Below, piece after piece: positions 9,570 to 18,310 of a stretch of 64,000 bases of DNA (its first letter is position 1; each line of letters begins with the position of its first letter). The DNA comes from Granulicella sp. (GTDB taxonomy: Bacteria; Acidobacteriota; Terriglobia; Terriglobales; Acidobacteriaceae): assembly GCA_003132145.1 (NCBI GenBank), contig PKWU01000045.1, positions 1,099 through 65,098 of the forward strand. The letters are read 5' to 3'. The position numbers and the translations under genes are program-made. Under the pieces are notes generated by a model. The model searched no databases. It saw nothing but the letters and a program-made list of their open reading frames with translations, and was not told the DNA's origin.

Positions 9570-11750
9570 TTAACGGTTGGTGAGGATGGATTTGCCGCCG
9601 GCGGAGGCGAGGGTGCGGACCGGGCCGAAGGGGCTGAGGCTCATGATGCGGGCCTCGGGGGTGTAGGTGAGGAGGAAGATTCGGCGGGGGCCAGACCAGA
9701 GGCGGTCGAGCGAGGCGTCGTCGTCGAAGACGGCGGGGGCGTCTGGCCAGAAGCTGCCGTACCAGGTGCCATTGACGCGGCCATTGACGAAGTGGACAGG
9801 CTGGCGGGTGTAGAAGAGCAGGGTGGAGCCGGAGGTGAGCTCGCCGTCGATCATAATGAGGTCGGAGGACGAGTTGCAGGTTGCAGGTTGCAGGTTGCAG
9901 GTTGACCGCTGGGCTTGCAGGATAGCTTCCGCGAGACCTTTGGAACCCATGGTGGGATAGAAGCGGACCAGGCCCTCGTGCATGCAGAGTAGGAGGCAGG
10001 CGGCGGCGGCGGCGACTATGAGGTTGGCGGCGTAGGTGCGGGCCGGACCGTTGCGGCGGGGGCGGCGCAGCAGGTAGGCGAGGGGGCCAAGGACGATGCA
10101 ACTGAGGCCGACGAAGACGAGTGGGGCGCGGAAGAGGCCCATGGCGCGGCCGGTGAGGTCGAAGAGATGGGCAAGGGAGAGGTTGTAGTCGCCGCCCTGA
10201 GAGAGGAGGGTCGCGATGTCGGTGTGGGGATCGGCGTGGGGCGCGGTGATGGCGAAGAAGAGCGCGACGGCGGCGAGGAGCGAGCAGAGCGGGCCGAGAA
10301 GCCAGCGGTGAGCGATGAGGGCGCTGCGCGCGGCGGGGCCGGAGGGGTCGCGGTCGGCGCGGGCGAGGAGGCCACCGGCCATCAGCGCGAGGGCGGGGAG
10401 GGCGGGCAGCGAGTAGTACTCCTGGCGCGCGGAGAAGGTGAAGAAGACGAGGACGAGGCCGGCCCAGAGGAGGAGGGTGAGGGCGGCTTCGCGGTCGATC
10501 CCACCCATGTCGCGATGAGACCGCGCCATGGATGGGGCACCCGGTAGACTCTGGTCTCCCACCCATTGCGATGAAGCTGCGATGGATGGGGCACCCGACC
10601 CCACCTTAGCCGCGATGAGACTGCGGCGAAGATGGGGCACCCGGATCTTCGAGTTTCGGAGGTCGCGGATGTGGCCCCGGATTGCGGCGGGGAGGAAGGC
10701 CGTCCAGGGAAAGAGCCAGAGGGCGGCGAGGAGCCAGAAGAGGAGGACGGGGACCTGACCGTAGTCGTGCGGGATGCGGCGCTGCAGGAAACGGGCGATG
10801 TGCTCGTTGTAGAGATAGAACCAGGCCCAGCCTGCGCGGGCGGGCAGGCCGAGGCCGGCGGGCAGCGCGATGGCTGGATTGCGCAGCGCGGCGAGGATGT
10901 GCCAGGGGGCGGCGATCAGGAGGAAGAGAAGCGTGGATGGGATGAGGTGAAGCTTCAAGAGCAGGCGGAGCTGGCGGGTGAGGGCGAGATAGAGCAGGAC
11001 AAAGGCGATGGGGAATAGGACGCCGATGAGTCCCTTGGTGAGGAGGTTGAGGGCGGTGACGGCGGCGAAGATCAAGCAAGGAACCAGGGCGGATCGGGCC
11101 TCTACGATCCCACCCATGTCGCGATGAGACTGCGCCATGGATGGGGCACCCGGGCCTTCGCGGTTGGCGTGGATGCGGTCGAGGGCGATGAGGAAGGCAT
11201 GGACGGCGAGGGTCATCCAGAGGCAGATGACGATGTCCGGGATGAAGAAGCGGGTGTAGAGGAAGGGGCCGATGCAGGTGGCGAGGGCGAGGGCGGAGTA
11301 GAGAGCGCCGCGGTCGGGGTGAGCGGCGGGAGAGACGGCACTGAAGAGGCGGAGGCCGAGGGCGTAGGTGGCGAGCAGAAGGGCGAGGGTGAGGAGAGCG
11401 AGGGGAAGGCGGGCGGCCCAGTCGTAGGGCCCGAAGAGGTGCATGGAGCCGGCGGCGAGCCAGTACATGAGGGGCGGCTTGTCGAAGAAACGGATGCCGT
11501 CGATATACGGGGTGACGTAGTCGTGGCGCAGGAGCATCTGGCGGGCGATCTCGATGTAGATGGAGTCGACGTCGTCGAGCAGGCCGGGGGTAAAGAGACA
11601 GCCGATGTGCAGGATGAACCATGCGAGGACAATCATCGCGATGGAGCGCGGGCGCCAACGGGTGGGCGCGGGCGGGGCGAGCCGATCTGCTAGCGGCTGG
11701 AGCGGCTGGCCGGGGGATGGATTGGCGGATTGGAGCGGGGGCTGAATCAC
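9570..11750 (-). CDS. ArnT/GT39-like membrane glycosyltransferase (paralog 1)
   Basis: FFDKPPLMYW, ARLP, LLTKG, APWH; GTG start overlaps the upstream TGA (GTGA). Confidence 0.88.
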   Translation of the reverse strand: MIQPPLQSANPSPGQPLQPLADRLAPPAPTRWRPRSIAMIVLAWFILHIGCLFTPGLLDDVDSIYIEIARQMLLRHDYVTPYIDGIRFFDKPPLMYWLAAGSMHLFGPYDWAARLPLALLTLALLLATYALGLRLFSAVSPAAHPDRGALYSALALATCIGPFLYTRFFIPDIVICLWMTLAVHAFLIALDRIHANREGPGAPSMAQSHRDMGGIVEARSALVPCLIFAAVTALNLLTKGLIGVLFPIAFVLLYLALTRQLRLLLKLHLIPSTLLFLLIAAPWHILAALRNPAIALPAGLGLPARAGWAWFYLYNEHIARFLQRRIPHDYGQVPVLLFWLLAALWLFPWTAFLPAAIRGHIRDLRNSKIRVPHLRRSLIAAKVGSGAPSIAASSQWVGDQSLPGAPSMARSHRDMGGIDREAALTLLLWAGLVLVFFTFSARQEYYSLPALPALALMAGGLLARADRDPSGPAARSALIAHRWLLGPLCSLLAAVALFFAITAPHADPHTDIATLLSQGGDYNLSLAHLFDLTGRAMGLFRAPLVFVGLSCIVLGPLAYLLRRPRRNGPARTYAANLIVAAAAACLLLCMHEGLVRFYPTMGSKGLAEAILQAQRSTCNLQPATCNSSSDLIMIDGELTSGSTLLFYTRQPVHFVNGRVNGTWYGSFWPDAPAVFDDDASLDRLWSGPRRIFLLTYTPEARIMSLSPFGPVRTLASAGGKSILTNR
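10499..10642. repeat. Three tandem family-B palindromic repeats (cccacc...gatggggcaccc) inside a CDS
   Basis: Units 10499-10542, 10557-10596 and 10599-10642; further copies at 11108-11151, 13263-13295 and 47593-47624. Confidence 0.88.
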
Positions 11751-13912
11751 GGCTGGCTCGGCGGTTCTTTCTGCGGAGTGAGATTGGTTTCGAGCGGACG
11801 GGCTGAATCGATGAACAAAGGGCGATCGGTGAGGAGGGCCTTGCCGGAGGTCTCCTGGAGGAGGATTGCGCGCGGGCCGAGGAGGCGATCGATGTCGTCG
11901 CGGCGTTCCAGCGGGACGAAGAGGAGTTTGCGCGGGCCGGAGCCCCACTGGGCGAGAAGCTGGGCGGGGGTTAGGAAGAGGGACTGCGCGTCGGGGAAGG
12001 AGGAGCCGAAGAGCATGGAGGAGGAGCGGCCATCGACCAGGAGCGCGGGACGGTCGAGGGGGCGATTCAAGTAGAAGGGGATGGATGAGCCGTAGGCCTG
12101 GTCGCCGTAGAGGAGGAGGGTGTTATCGCGGGAGATGGCGCCGGAGGATTCTAGCTGCTGGATCTTTGCGGCGAAGTTCTGCGAGGAGAGCATGGGGGCG
12201 AAGCGGACCAGCGCGATGTGCGCGGCGATGAGGAAGGCTGCGGAGGTGAGCGCGATGGCGGTGGTGGCGGCGACGTGGCGACGGCGGGCGCGGAGGTTCC
12301 ACGCGATGGCTGGGCCGATGGCAAAGGCGGCGAGGGCGAGCGAGGCGGGCAGGCGGAGCGCGGCGAAGCTGGGGGCGGTCAGGTCGAAGAGCGAGGACAT
12401 GGAGAGGGTGTAGTCGCCGACTCCGCGATGGGCGAGGAGTTCTCCGATGTCTGGCACGAAGGCGAGATGGCGCGAGGTATAGAGGCCGTAGGCGAGGGCC
12501 GCGGCGACGGCGAGGCCGATGGCGGTGAAGGCGGCATGGGCGAAGGTGATCCAGCGGCGGGAGGATTTTTCTGCGTCGTAGGTGAGTTCGGCGCGGGCGA
12601 GGGCGGCGGCGAGGAGCATCAGGAGCGGGAGGTACGCGGGGAAGGTGTAGTACTCCTGATTGGTGGAGAGGGAGAAGAAGAGGAGGACGAGGGCTGAGAA
12701 GAGGGTGAGGAGGAGGGTGGTGCGTAGAGATGGGGTGAGGTCATGAAAGCGTCCGCCAAGTTGGGAGATGCCGCGAGCTGAATACGGAGATTCTGACCCT
12801 TTGACAAGCTCAGGGTCAGAATGACGCTTCCATTTATTTCGGAACTCGGCAACGGCCACGGGGAGGAAGAGGCTCATGGGGAAGAGCCAGACGAGGTGGA
12901 GGCTCCAGTAGAGGTAGCTGGGGAGCTTGTTGTAGTCGCGCGGGATGCGGCGGCCGAGGAAGCGGAGGACGTGCTCGTTGATGAAGTAGAACCAGAAGAA
13001 GCCGTGGCCGTCGGCGGCTCCGGTGTTGCGCAGGCCGGCGAGGATGTGCCATGGGGCGGCGATGGCGAGGAAGAGGAGCGCGCCGGTGAAGGGCTTGAGG
13101 CGGCGCCAGTTGCGTAGTTCGCCGGTGAGGGCGAGGAAGAGGGCGGCGGTGGCGACGAGGAAGACGATGGCGACCAGGCCCTTGGTGAGGACGGCGAGGG
13201 CGAGGGCGGTCCACATAGCGTAGGGGTAGAGACGGGACTGCGCGGAGCTTTGTGGCGCTCCATCCCACATCTCAGAATCGAGATGTGGGGCACCCGCAGG
13301 TGAAGCAGATCCCTCCGCTTCGCTACGGGATGACAAACCTGGGGCGCTGCGGGATGACAAACCTGGGGCGCTACGGGATGACAACGACGGGGAAGCTGGA
13401 TTGAGGGATTGGAGGAGGCAGTAGAGGGATGTGGCGAGGAGGAGGGAGAGGAGGACGTCTGGGATGAAGACGCGGGTGAAGAGGAAGACACCGGCGGAGG
13501 TGAGGAGCCCGAGTCCAGTGTAGAGGGCGGCGCGCTCGCCAAAGGACTGACGCGCCCAGCGGACGCCGAGGAGCATCAGGAAGAGGACGCAGAGGGCCTG
13601 GGGAAGGTGCACGGCGAAGGCGTTAACGCCGAATGCGCGCAGGCTGGCGGCGACGATCCAGTAGGGGAGGGGGGCTTTCTCCAGATAGCGGACGTTGTTG
13701 ACGCGCAGGGTGACCCAGTCGCCGGAGAGGGCCATCTGGCGAGCGGCGTTGGCGTGGGTTCCGTCGGCGTCGTCCAGGACGGGCGGGGCGAAGAGCGAGG
13801 CGAAGAAGAGAATGAGCCAGAGCGCTCCCAGAAGAGAGAGGACGCGGGCGTGGCTGGAGGGGGCGGCGGCGCGGTGGGTGGTTGCGGGTTCGGCGGAGGC
13901 GGTGGTTGACAT
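11747..13912 (-). CDS. ArnT/GT39-like membrane glycosyltransferase (paralog 2)
   Basis: YLEKAPLPYW, VLTKG, APWH, QEYY; aligns colinearly with 9570-11750. Confidence 0.88.
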   Translation of the reverse strand: MSTTASAEPATTHRAAAPSSHARVLSLLGALWLILFFASLFAPPVLDDADGTHANAARQMALSGDWVTLRVNNVRYLEKAPLPYWIVAASLRAFGVNAFAVHLPQALCVLFLMLLGVRWARQSFGERAALYTGLGLLTSAGVFLFTRVFIPDVLLSLLLATSLYCLLQSLNPASPSLSSRSAPGLSSRSAPGLSSRSEAEGSASPAGAPHLDSEMWDGAPQSSAQSRLYPYAMWTALALAVLTKGLVAIVFLVATAALFLALTGELRNWRRLKPFTGALLFLAIAAPWHILAGLRNTGAADGHGFFWFYFINEHVLRFLGRRIPRDYNKLPSYLYWSLHLVWLFPMSLFLPVAVAEFRNKWKRHSDPELVKGSESPYSARGISQLGGRFHDLTPSLRTTLLLTLFSALVLLFFSLSTNQEYYTFPAYLPLLMLLAAALARAELTYDAEKSSRRWITFAHAAFTAIGLAVAAALAYGLYTSRHLAFVPDIGELLAHRGVGDYTLSMSSLFDLTAPSFAALRLPASLALAAFAIGPAIAWNLRARRRHVAATTAIALTSAAFLIAAHIALVRFAPMLSSQNFAAKIQQLESSGAISRDNTLLLYGDQAYGSSIPFYLNRPLDRPALLVDGRSSSMLFGSSFPDAQSLFLTPAQLLAQWGSGPRKLLFVPLERRDDIDRLLGPRAILLQETSGKALLTDRPLFIDSARPLETNLTPQKEPPSQP

Positions 13913-14145
13913 GAGAATTACTTGCTCTAACAGCATACGTTGTGGAATGTTGCGGGTGGGGTATTGTGGCAGGGGAAGAGGAATTTTTATTTTGCGGTTT
14001 GGACGTGAATTTGAGCCGGTGCGTTCTGTTGGAATGAACAGACAAAGGAAAATACAGGGGTCCTTCGCTACGCTCAGGATGACGACCTTAAACTGAATGA
14101 TGAACTGAATCGGAATGAGGATAGGCTTGGGGAGAGGGTTGAAGG

Positions 14146-15705
14146 ATGCTGACGTTTGCGGCGATTGACATTGGTTCCAACTCGGTTCGGCTGAAGATTG
14201 CGTCGGTGGAGCAGCACCGGCTGAGGACGCTGCACGAGGACCGCGAGGTGGTGCGGCTGGGGGAGAGCGTCTTTCAGACAGGGGTGATCTCTCCGGAGGC
14301 GATGGCGAACACGATCCGCGCGCTGAAGCGGTTTCAGAAGGCGGTGCAACTGCATGTGGCGGACCGGGTGCGGGTGGTGGCGACCAGCGCGATGCGGGAC
14401 GCGCGGAATGCGGCGGCGTTTACGGCGTGGGTGAAGTCGGCGACAGGATGGAATGTGGAGGTGATCTCGGGGCTGGAGGAGGGCCGGCTGATTCACCTGG
14501 GAGTGGTGACGCACGAGGTGGGAGCGCGGGGGCGGTGTCTGCTGATCGACCTGGGCGGGGGGAGCTGCGAGATTACATTCTCCGATGAGGGACGCATCCG
14601 CGAGATGGTGAGCCTGCCGCTGGGCGCGGTGCGATTGCAGCAGGAGTTTCTGCACGGCGATCCGCCGGCGAAGGAAGATGTGGCGCGGCTGAAGCAATAT
14701 ATCGGCCGCGAGCTTCGGAAGGCGGAGCGCAGGCTGGGGAATCCGCGGGTGGGGCTGGTGATTGCGACCTCGGGGACGGCGGCGGCGCTGGCCGAGGCGA
14801 GCGTGGCGCTGGCACGCAAGCTGCCAGTGCGGAAGGCGGCGCCGAAGAGATTTGTGCGCATCAAGCCGAGCGTGGCGAAGACGGCGGAGGTGCGCCGGCT
14901 GACGGAGCGGCTGGCGAAGATGAACAACGCGCAGCGGGCGTCGATTCCGGGGATCGGGACGCGGCGGTCGGAGATTGTGATTGGCGGGGCGATGGTCTAC
15001 ACGAGCCTGCTGGAGCGGATGGGGCTGAAGGGGTTTCGCTACTCTCCGCTGGGGCTGAAGGACGGGATCCTGGCGCAGATGCTGGCGGATGTGGACCTGC
15101 GCGCGTCGGTGCACAGGAAGATTGAGAGCGAGCGGTGGGAGGGCGTGCTGGAGGTGTGCAAGCGATACGGCGTGGATACGAAGAAGGCCGAGCCGGTGCG
15201 CCAGCACGCGGTGCAACTTTATGACGAGCTGGCGCGGGTGCATGAGCTTCCGGTGGAGTACAGGCTGTGGCTGGAGTCCGCGGCCATGATGCAGGACGTG
15301 GGCAAGTACATGAACCACCAGGGGCACAACAGGCACACACAGTACATTGTGGCGAACTCGGAGATCTTTGGATTCTCGCCGGAGCAGCGGGCGGTGGTGG
15401 GAGCGATTGCGCGCTATATGGGCAAGAGCCGCCCGGATGCGGTGGATCGCGTGATGCGCGCGGTGCCCATCGAGCAGCATGGCAATGTGATGCGTTCGGT
15501 GGTGTTGCTGCGGCTGGCTCTGGCTCTGAACCAGGACCGCGTCAGCGCGGCGGTGCGGATGCGGGCGCGGGTCTACCCCAAGCGGGTGCTGCTGGAGCTG
15601 GCGCCGGGACGCGGCGGAGCGGAGCTGGAGGCGTGGTCGCTGCGCAAAGAGGCGGACTACTTCCGGGAGGTCTTTCGGCGGGACCTGGCGGTGGAGGTGG
15701 CGTAG
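14146..15705 (+). CDS. ppx: Ppx/GppA exopolyphosphatase
   Basis: AAIDIGSNS, ATSAMRDA, EEGRL, DLGGGSCE; C-terminal HD-like domain. Confidence 0.93.
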   Translation: MLTFAAIDIGSNSVRLKIASVEQHRLRTLHEDREVVRLGESVFQTGVISPEAMANTIRALKRFQKAVQLHVADRVRVVATSAMRDARNAAAFTAWVKSATGWNVEVISGLEEGRLIHLGVVTHEVGARGRCLLIDLGGGSCEITFSDEGRIREMVSLPLGAVRLQQEFLHGDPPAKEDVARLKQYIGRELRKAERRLGNPRVGLVIATSGTAAALAEASVALARKLPVRKAAPKRFVRIKPSVAKTAEVRRLTERLAKMNNAQRASIPGIGTRRSEIVIGGAMVYTSLLERMGLKGFRYSPLGLKDGILAQMLADVDLRASVHRKIESERWEGVLEVCKRYGVDTKKAEPVRQHAVQLYDELARVHELPVEYRLWLESAAMMQDVGKYMNHQGHNRHTQYIVANSEIFGFSPEQRAVVGAIARYMGKSRPDAVDRVMRAVPIEQHGNVMRSVVLLRLALALNQDRVSAAVRMRARVYPKRVLLELAPGRGGAELEAWSLRKEADYFREVFRRDLAVEVA

Positions 15706-16220
15706 AGCGCGCGGACGGTGCGCGGATCGAGCAGCCAGTGCAGCGCGGCCGGGCCTCGGGCCAGGTTGACGCGCGCCAGCGAGCCCTTGCGCAGACGCAC
15801 ACAGGCCGCCCCGGCGCAGGCGTCCAGGCCGCTGGCGGGACAGTTCGCGGCGGGAACGAGGAGCGAGCCGAGGAAGGCGTTGAGGTTGGGATTGTGGCCG
15901 ACGACGAGCAGGTTCTCGTGGCCGGAGAGCTCGCGCAGGAGCTTCTGGAACTGGGCGAAGGTGGCGTCGGGCGCGAGCGCGGCGGAGGAGAGGATTTTGG
16001 CCTCGTAGCCCATCTCGGTGCCGACGAGCGAGGCGGTCTGCATGGAACGCTTCAGCGGGCTGGAGACGATGAGGTCGAACTGGAGCTTCATGGTGTTGAG
16101 GACATGGGCGAGCTGTAGGCAGTGGCGCTTGCCGTCCTTGTCCAGGGGACGCTTGTGGTCGAGGACCGGATTGGCGCGCTTTACGCCGGCGCTGGCGTGA
16201 CGCAGGATGTAGAGGTTCAT
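15657..16220 (-). CDS. sixA: Phosphohistidine phosphatase SixA
   Basis: LYILRHA, SSPLKR, LLVVGHNP. Confidence 0.9.
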   Translation of the reverse strand: MNLYILRHASAGVKRANPVLDHKRPLDKDGKRHCLQLAHVLNTMKLQFDLIVSSPLKRSMQTASLVGTEMGYEAKILSSAALAPDATFAQFQKLLRELSGHENLLVVGHNPNLNAFLGSLLVPAANCPASGLDACAGAACVRLRKGSLARVNLARGPAALHWLLDPRTVRALYATSTARSRRKTSRK

Positions 16221-16387
16221 AGGGCTAGCGATATTGTAGGCCAGGTTCAAGGTTCAAGGTTTGAGGTTCAAGGTTCGAGGGGTGACGGGTGAGGGGTGGT
16301 CTGGCCGGAAGGGCAGGGTGCGCTTTGCGTGGGGAGCCGTGGGGATGAGATTGGGGGGAGGGGAATTGCTGTGACGGATGGAAGGAA

Positions 16388-16464
16388 TGGTGCGCCCGGA
16401 GAGATTCGAACTCCCGACCCTTTGGTTCGTAGCCAAATACTCTATCCAACTGAGCTACGGGCGC
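16388..16464 (-). tRNA. tRNA-Arg(ACG)
   Basis: Reverse complement GCGCCCGTAGCTCAGTTGGATAGAG...TTTGG-CTACGAA-CCAAA...GTTCGAATC...GGGCGCACCA. Confidence 0.97.
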
Positions 16465-16697
16465 ACATTGCGGCGAGGAGATGGTCCGGCTGCAACTCTT
16501 CAAGGATAGAGGATTGCAGGCAGGAGAGCAACCCGGCGATGGAGGTTACGGGCAGAGCGCAATCCGGCGATGGAGGGGTACGGGCGTAGAGCAACCCGGC
16601 AATGGAGGGTTGCAGGCATAGAGCGACCCTGCGGCGAGCGGGCCAGGGCATAGAACGACCCTGCGGCGAGCGCGAGCTGCGGTGGCCGGCTGACGGG

Positions 16698-16832
16698 CTA
16701 GCTGCCCTTCTCGGTCGCTTCCTTGACCATGCGGGTGGCGATCTGGCTGAACTCCTCGTGTCGTGGCGCGGGAGGTGTCTTTGGTTTGGGCTGCTTCTTC
16801 TTTTCTTTTCTGCCTTTGTCTTTGTTTCCCAT
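16698..16832 (-). CDS. 44-aa basic hypothetical protein, absent from ORF track
   Basis: MGNKDKGRKEKKKQPKPKTPPAPRHEEFSQIATRMVKEATEKGS. Confidence 0.55.
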   Translation of the reverse strand: MGNKDKGRKEKKKQPKPKTPPAPRHEEFSQIATRMVKEATEKGS

Positions 16833-16879
16833 GGCGACAGTCTAACGCCGATGCACCTTTAAGCAAAACAGGACAAATG

Positions 16880-17095
16880 CAGGGATTCTTCCCCTTCGCA
16901 AGCTCAGGGTCAGAATGACAATCAAAAACAAACAAAGGCAAAGGAAGAAGCAGATTCCTCCGCTACGCTGCGGAATGACAAGCAAAAACAAACAAAGGCA
17001 AAGGAAGAAGCAGATTCCTCCGCTGCGCTGCGGAATGACAAGCAGAGGGGGCTGCGGAATGACAAGCAGAGGGGGCTGCGGAATGACAAACAGAG
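16880..17095. repeat. Composite cluster of family-A repeats with 60-bp and 24-bp tandem units
   Basis: Two 60-bp units (REP copies at 16950 and 17010), then 24-bp units ending gcggaatgacaa. Confidence 0.85.
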
Positions 17096-17214
17096 CAGAC
17101 AACGGCGGGGAGTGGATTCGGAAGTTGGCCGGCTGACGGCGGGAGATGGATGCGTGTAGGATGGAACGGCTTTGGGGTTGCGCTTGTTACGGAATTCGAC
17201 GGAGGAGAAACGCG

Positions 17215-17769
17215 ATGGATGGGATGAATCAGAGTGAGATGAATCGGGATGGAATGAGCCGGCGGGATTTTGCGGGGCTGGTGGCAGGGCTGCTGGCGGT
17301 TGCGGGCGGGTTTTCGGCGCAGGCCGAGGGGCAGGCTGCCGGGGCGGCTGGGCAGGGGAGCGCAGCGGCTGTGGCTGGCTCTGGGCAAGCTGTGGCGGGG
17401 GCGCGGCCGGCGGTGGCGATGCGGGAGCTGGGGTCGGGGGTCTTCAAGCCGCAGGCGGAACACGGGATGCAGGGCGGGCACGAGTCGCACTCATTTTTGA
17501 CCGGGATGCTGAAGGCGGGCAACATCCGCCTGGAGATGCATGAGTCTGTGCAGCAGGCGGGGGCGCCGCATGAGGCGGTTGGGACGCACAAGCACAGCGA
17601 GATATGGCTGATGCAACGGGGCGTGGCGACGCTTTATCTGAACGGAACCGAGCACAGGATGGAGGCAGGCGATGTAGGGCTGTGCTGCGCGGGCGACGAA
17701 CACTGGATCGCCAACGCCGGGGATTCGGAGCTGGCTTACTTTGTGGTGACTGTGGGATCGCCGGAGTAG
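17215..17769 (+). CDS. Cupin-domain protein with Tat signal
   Basis: SRRDF twin-arginine motif; cupin H-x-H-x-E motif (HKHSE) and distal H; RBS GGAGGAG. Confidence 0.8.
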   Translation: MDGMNQSEMNRDGMSRRDFAGLVAGLLAVAGGFSAQAEGQAAGAAGQGSAAAVAGSGQAVAGARPAVAMRELGSGVFKPQAEHGMQGGHESHSFLTGMLKAGNIRLEMHESVQQAGAPHEAVGTHKHSEIWLMQRGVATLYLNGTEHRMEAGDVGLCCAGDEHWIANAGDSELAYFVVTVGSPE

Positions 17770-17775
17770 AGCGGC

Positions 17776-18072
17776 CTACATCATGGACTGGACGCCTTTG
17801 ACGGCGCCGGAGACGGCTTCGGAGGCTTTGTCGACGGCATCGGCGACCTGGCCGCGGGTGCGCTTGAAGGTCTTCTGTGCTTCCTTGCTGAGGGATTCGG
17901 CCTGCTCCTTGAGGTAGGAGGCGGCGTCCTCGAGATAGTCGACGCCGTCGTCGAAGTTGCGGCGCAACTGGCGGCGGGTCTTGACTCCTGGTTGGGGGGC
18001 GTAGAGAAGCGCGACGGCCGCACCGGCGGCAACGCCCAGGCCAAACGCGATCCAGATTCCTTTTGCACTCAT
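17776..18072 (-). CDS. YtxH-domain protein
   Basis: FGLGVAAGAAVALLYAPQPGVKTR followed by a charged helix. Confidence 0.85.
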   Translation of the reverse strand: MSAKGIWIAFGLGVAAGAAVALLYAPQPGVKTRRQLRRNFDDGVDYLEDAASYLKEQAESLSKEAQKTFKRTRGQVADAVDKASEAVSGAVKGVQSMM

Positions 18073-18310
18073 TGCGGTCTCCTCGGCGGGAAGGTTCCGG
18101 TCGCCTGAGGGTAAGATTCGGTGGGGTGCGGATTGGTTGCGTCTTCAAGACAAATGCTAATTGACCCACGATTATTGAAATTGGGGGATAGACGGAAGTG
18201 GCTGTTGGGTGGATAGAATACATCCAAGAAGAGAGAAAGACGGGGCGGGCGACTTGAACGAGCCACAGATGAGCAAGATGTATCTGGCGATGCTGCAGGA
18301 GTGGTGTGCC

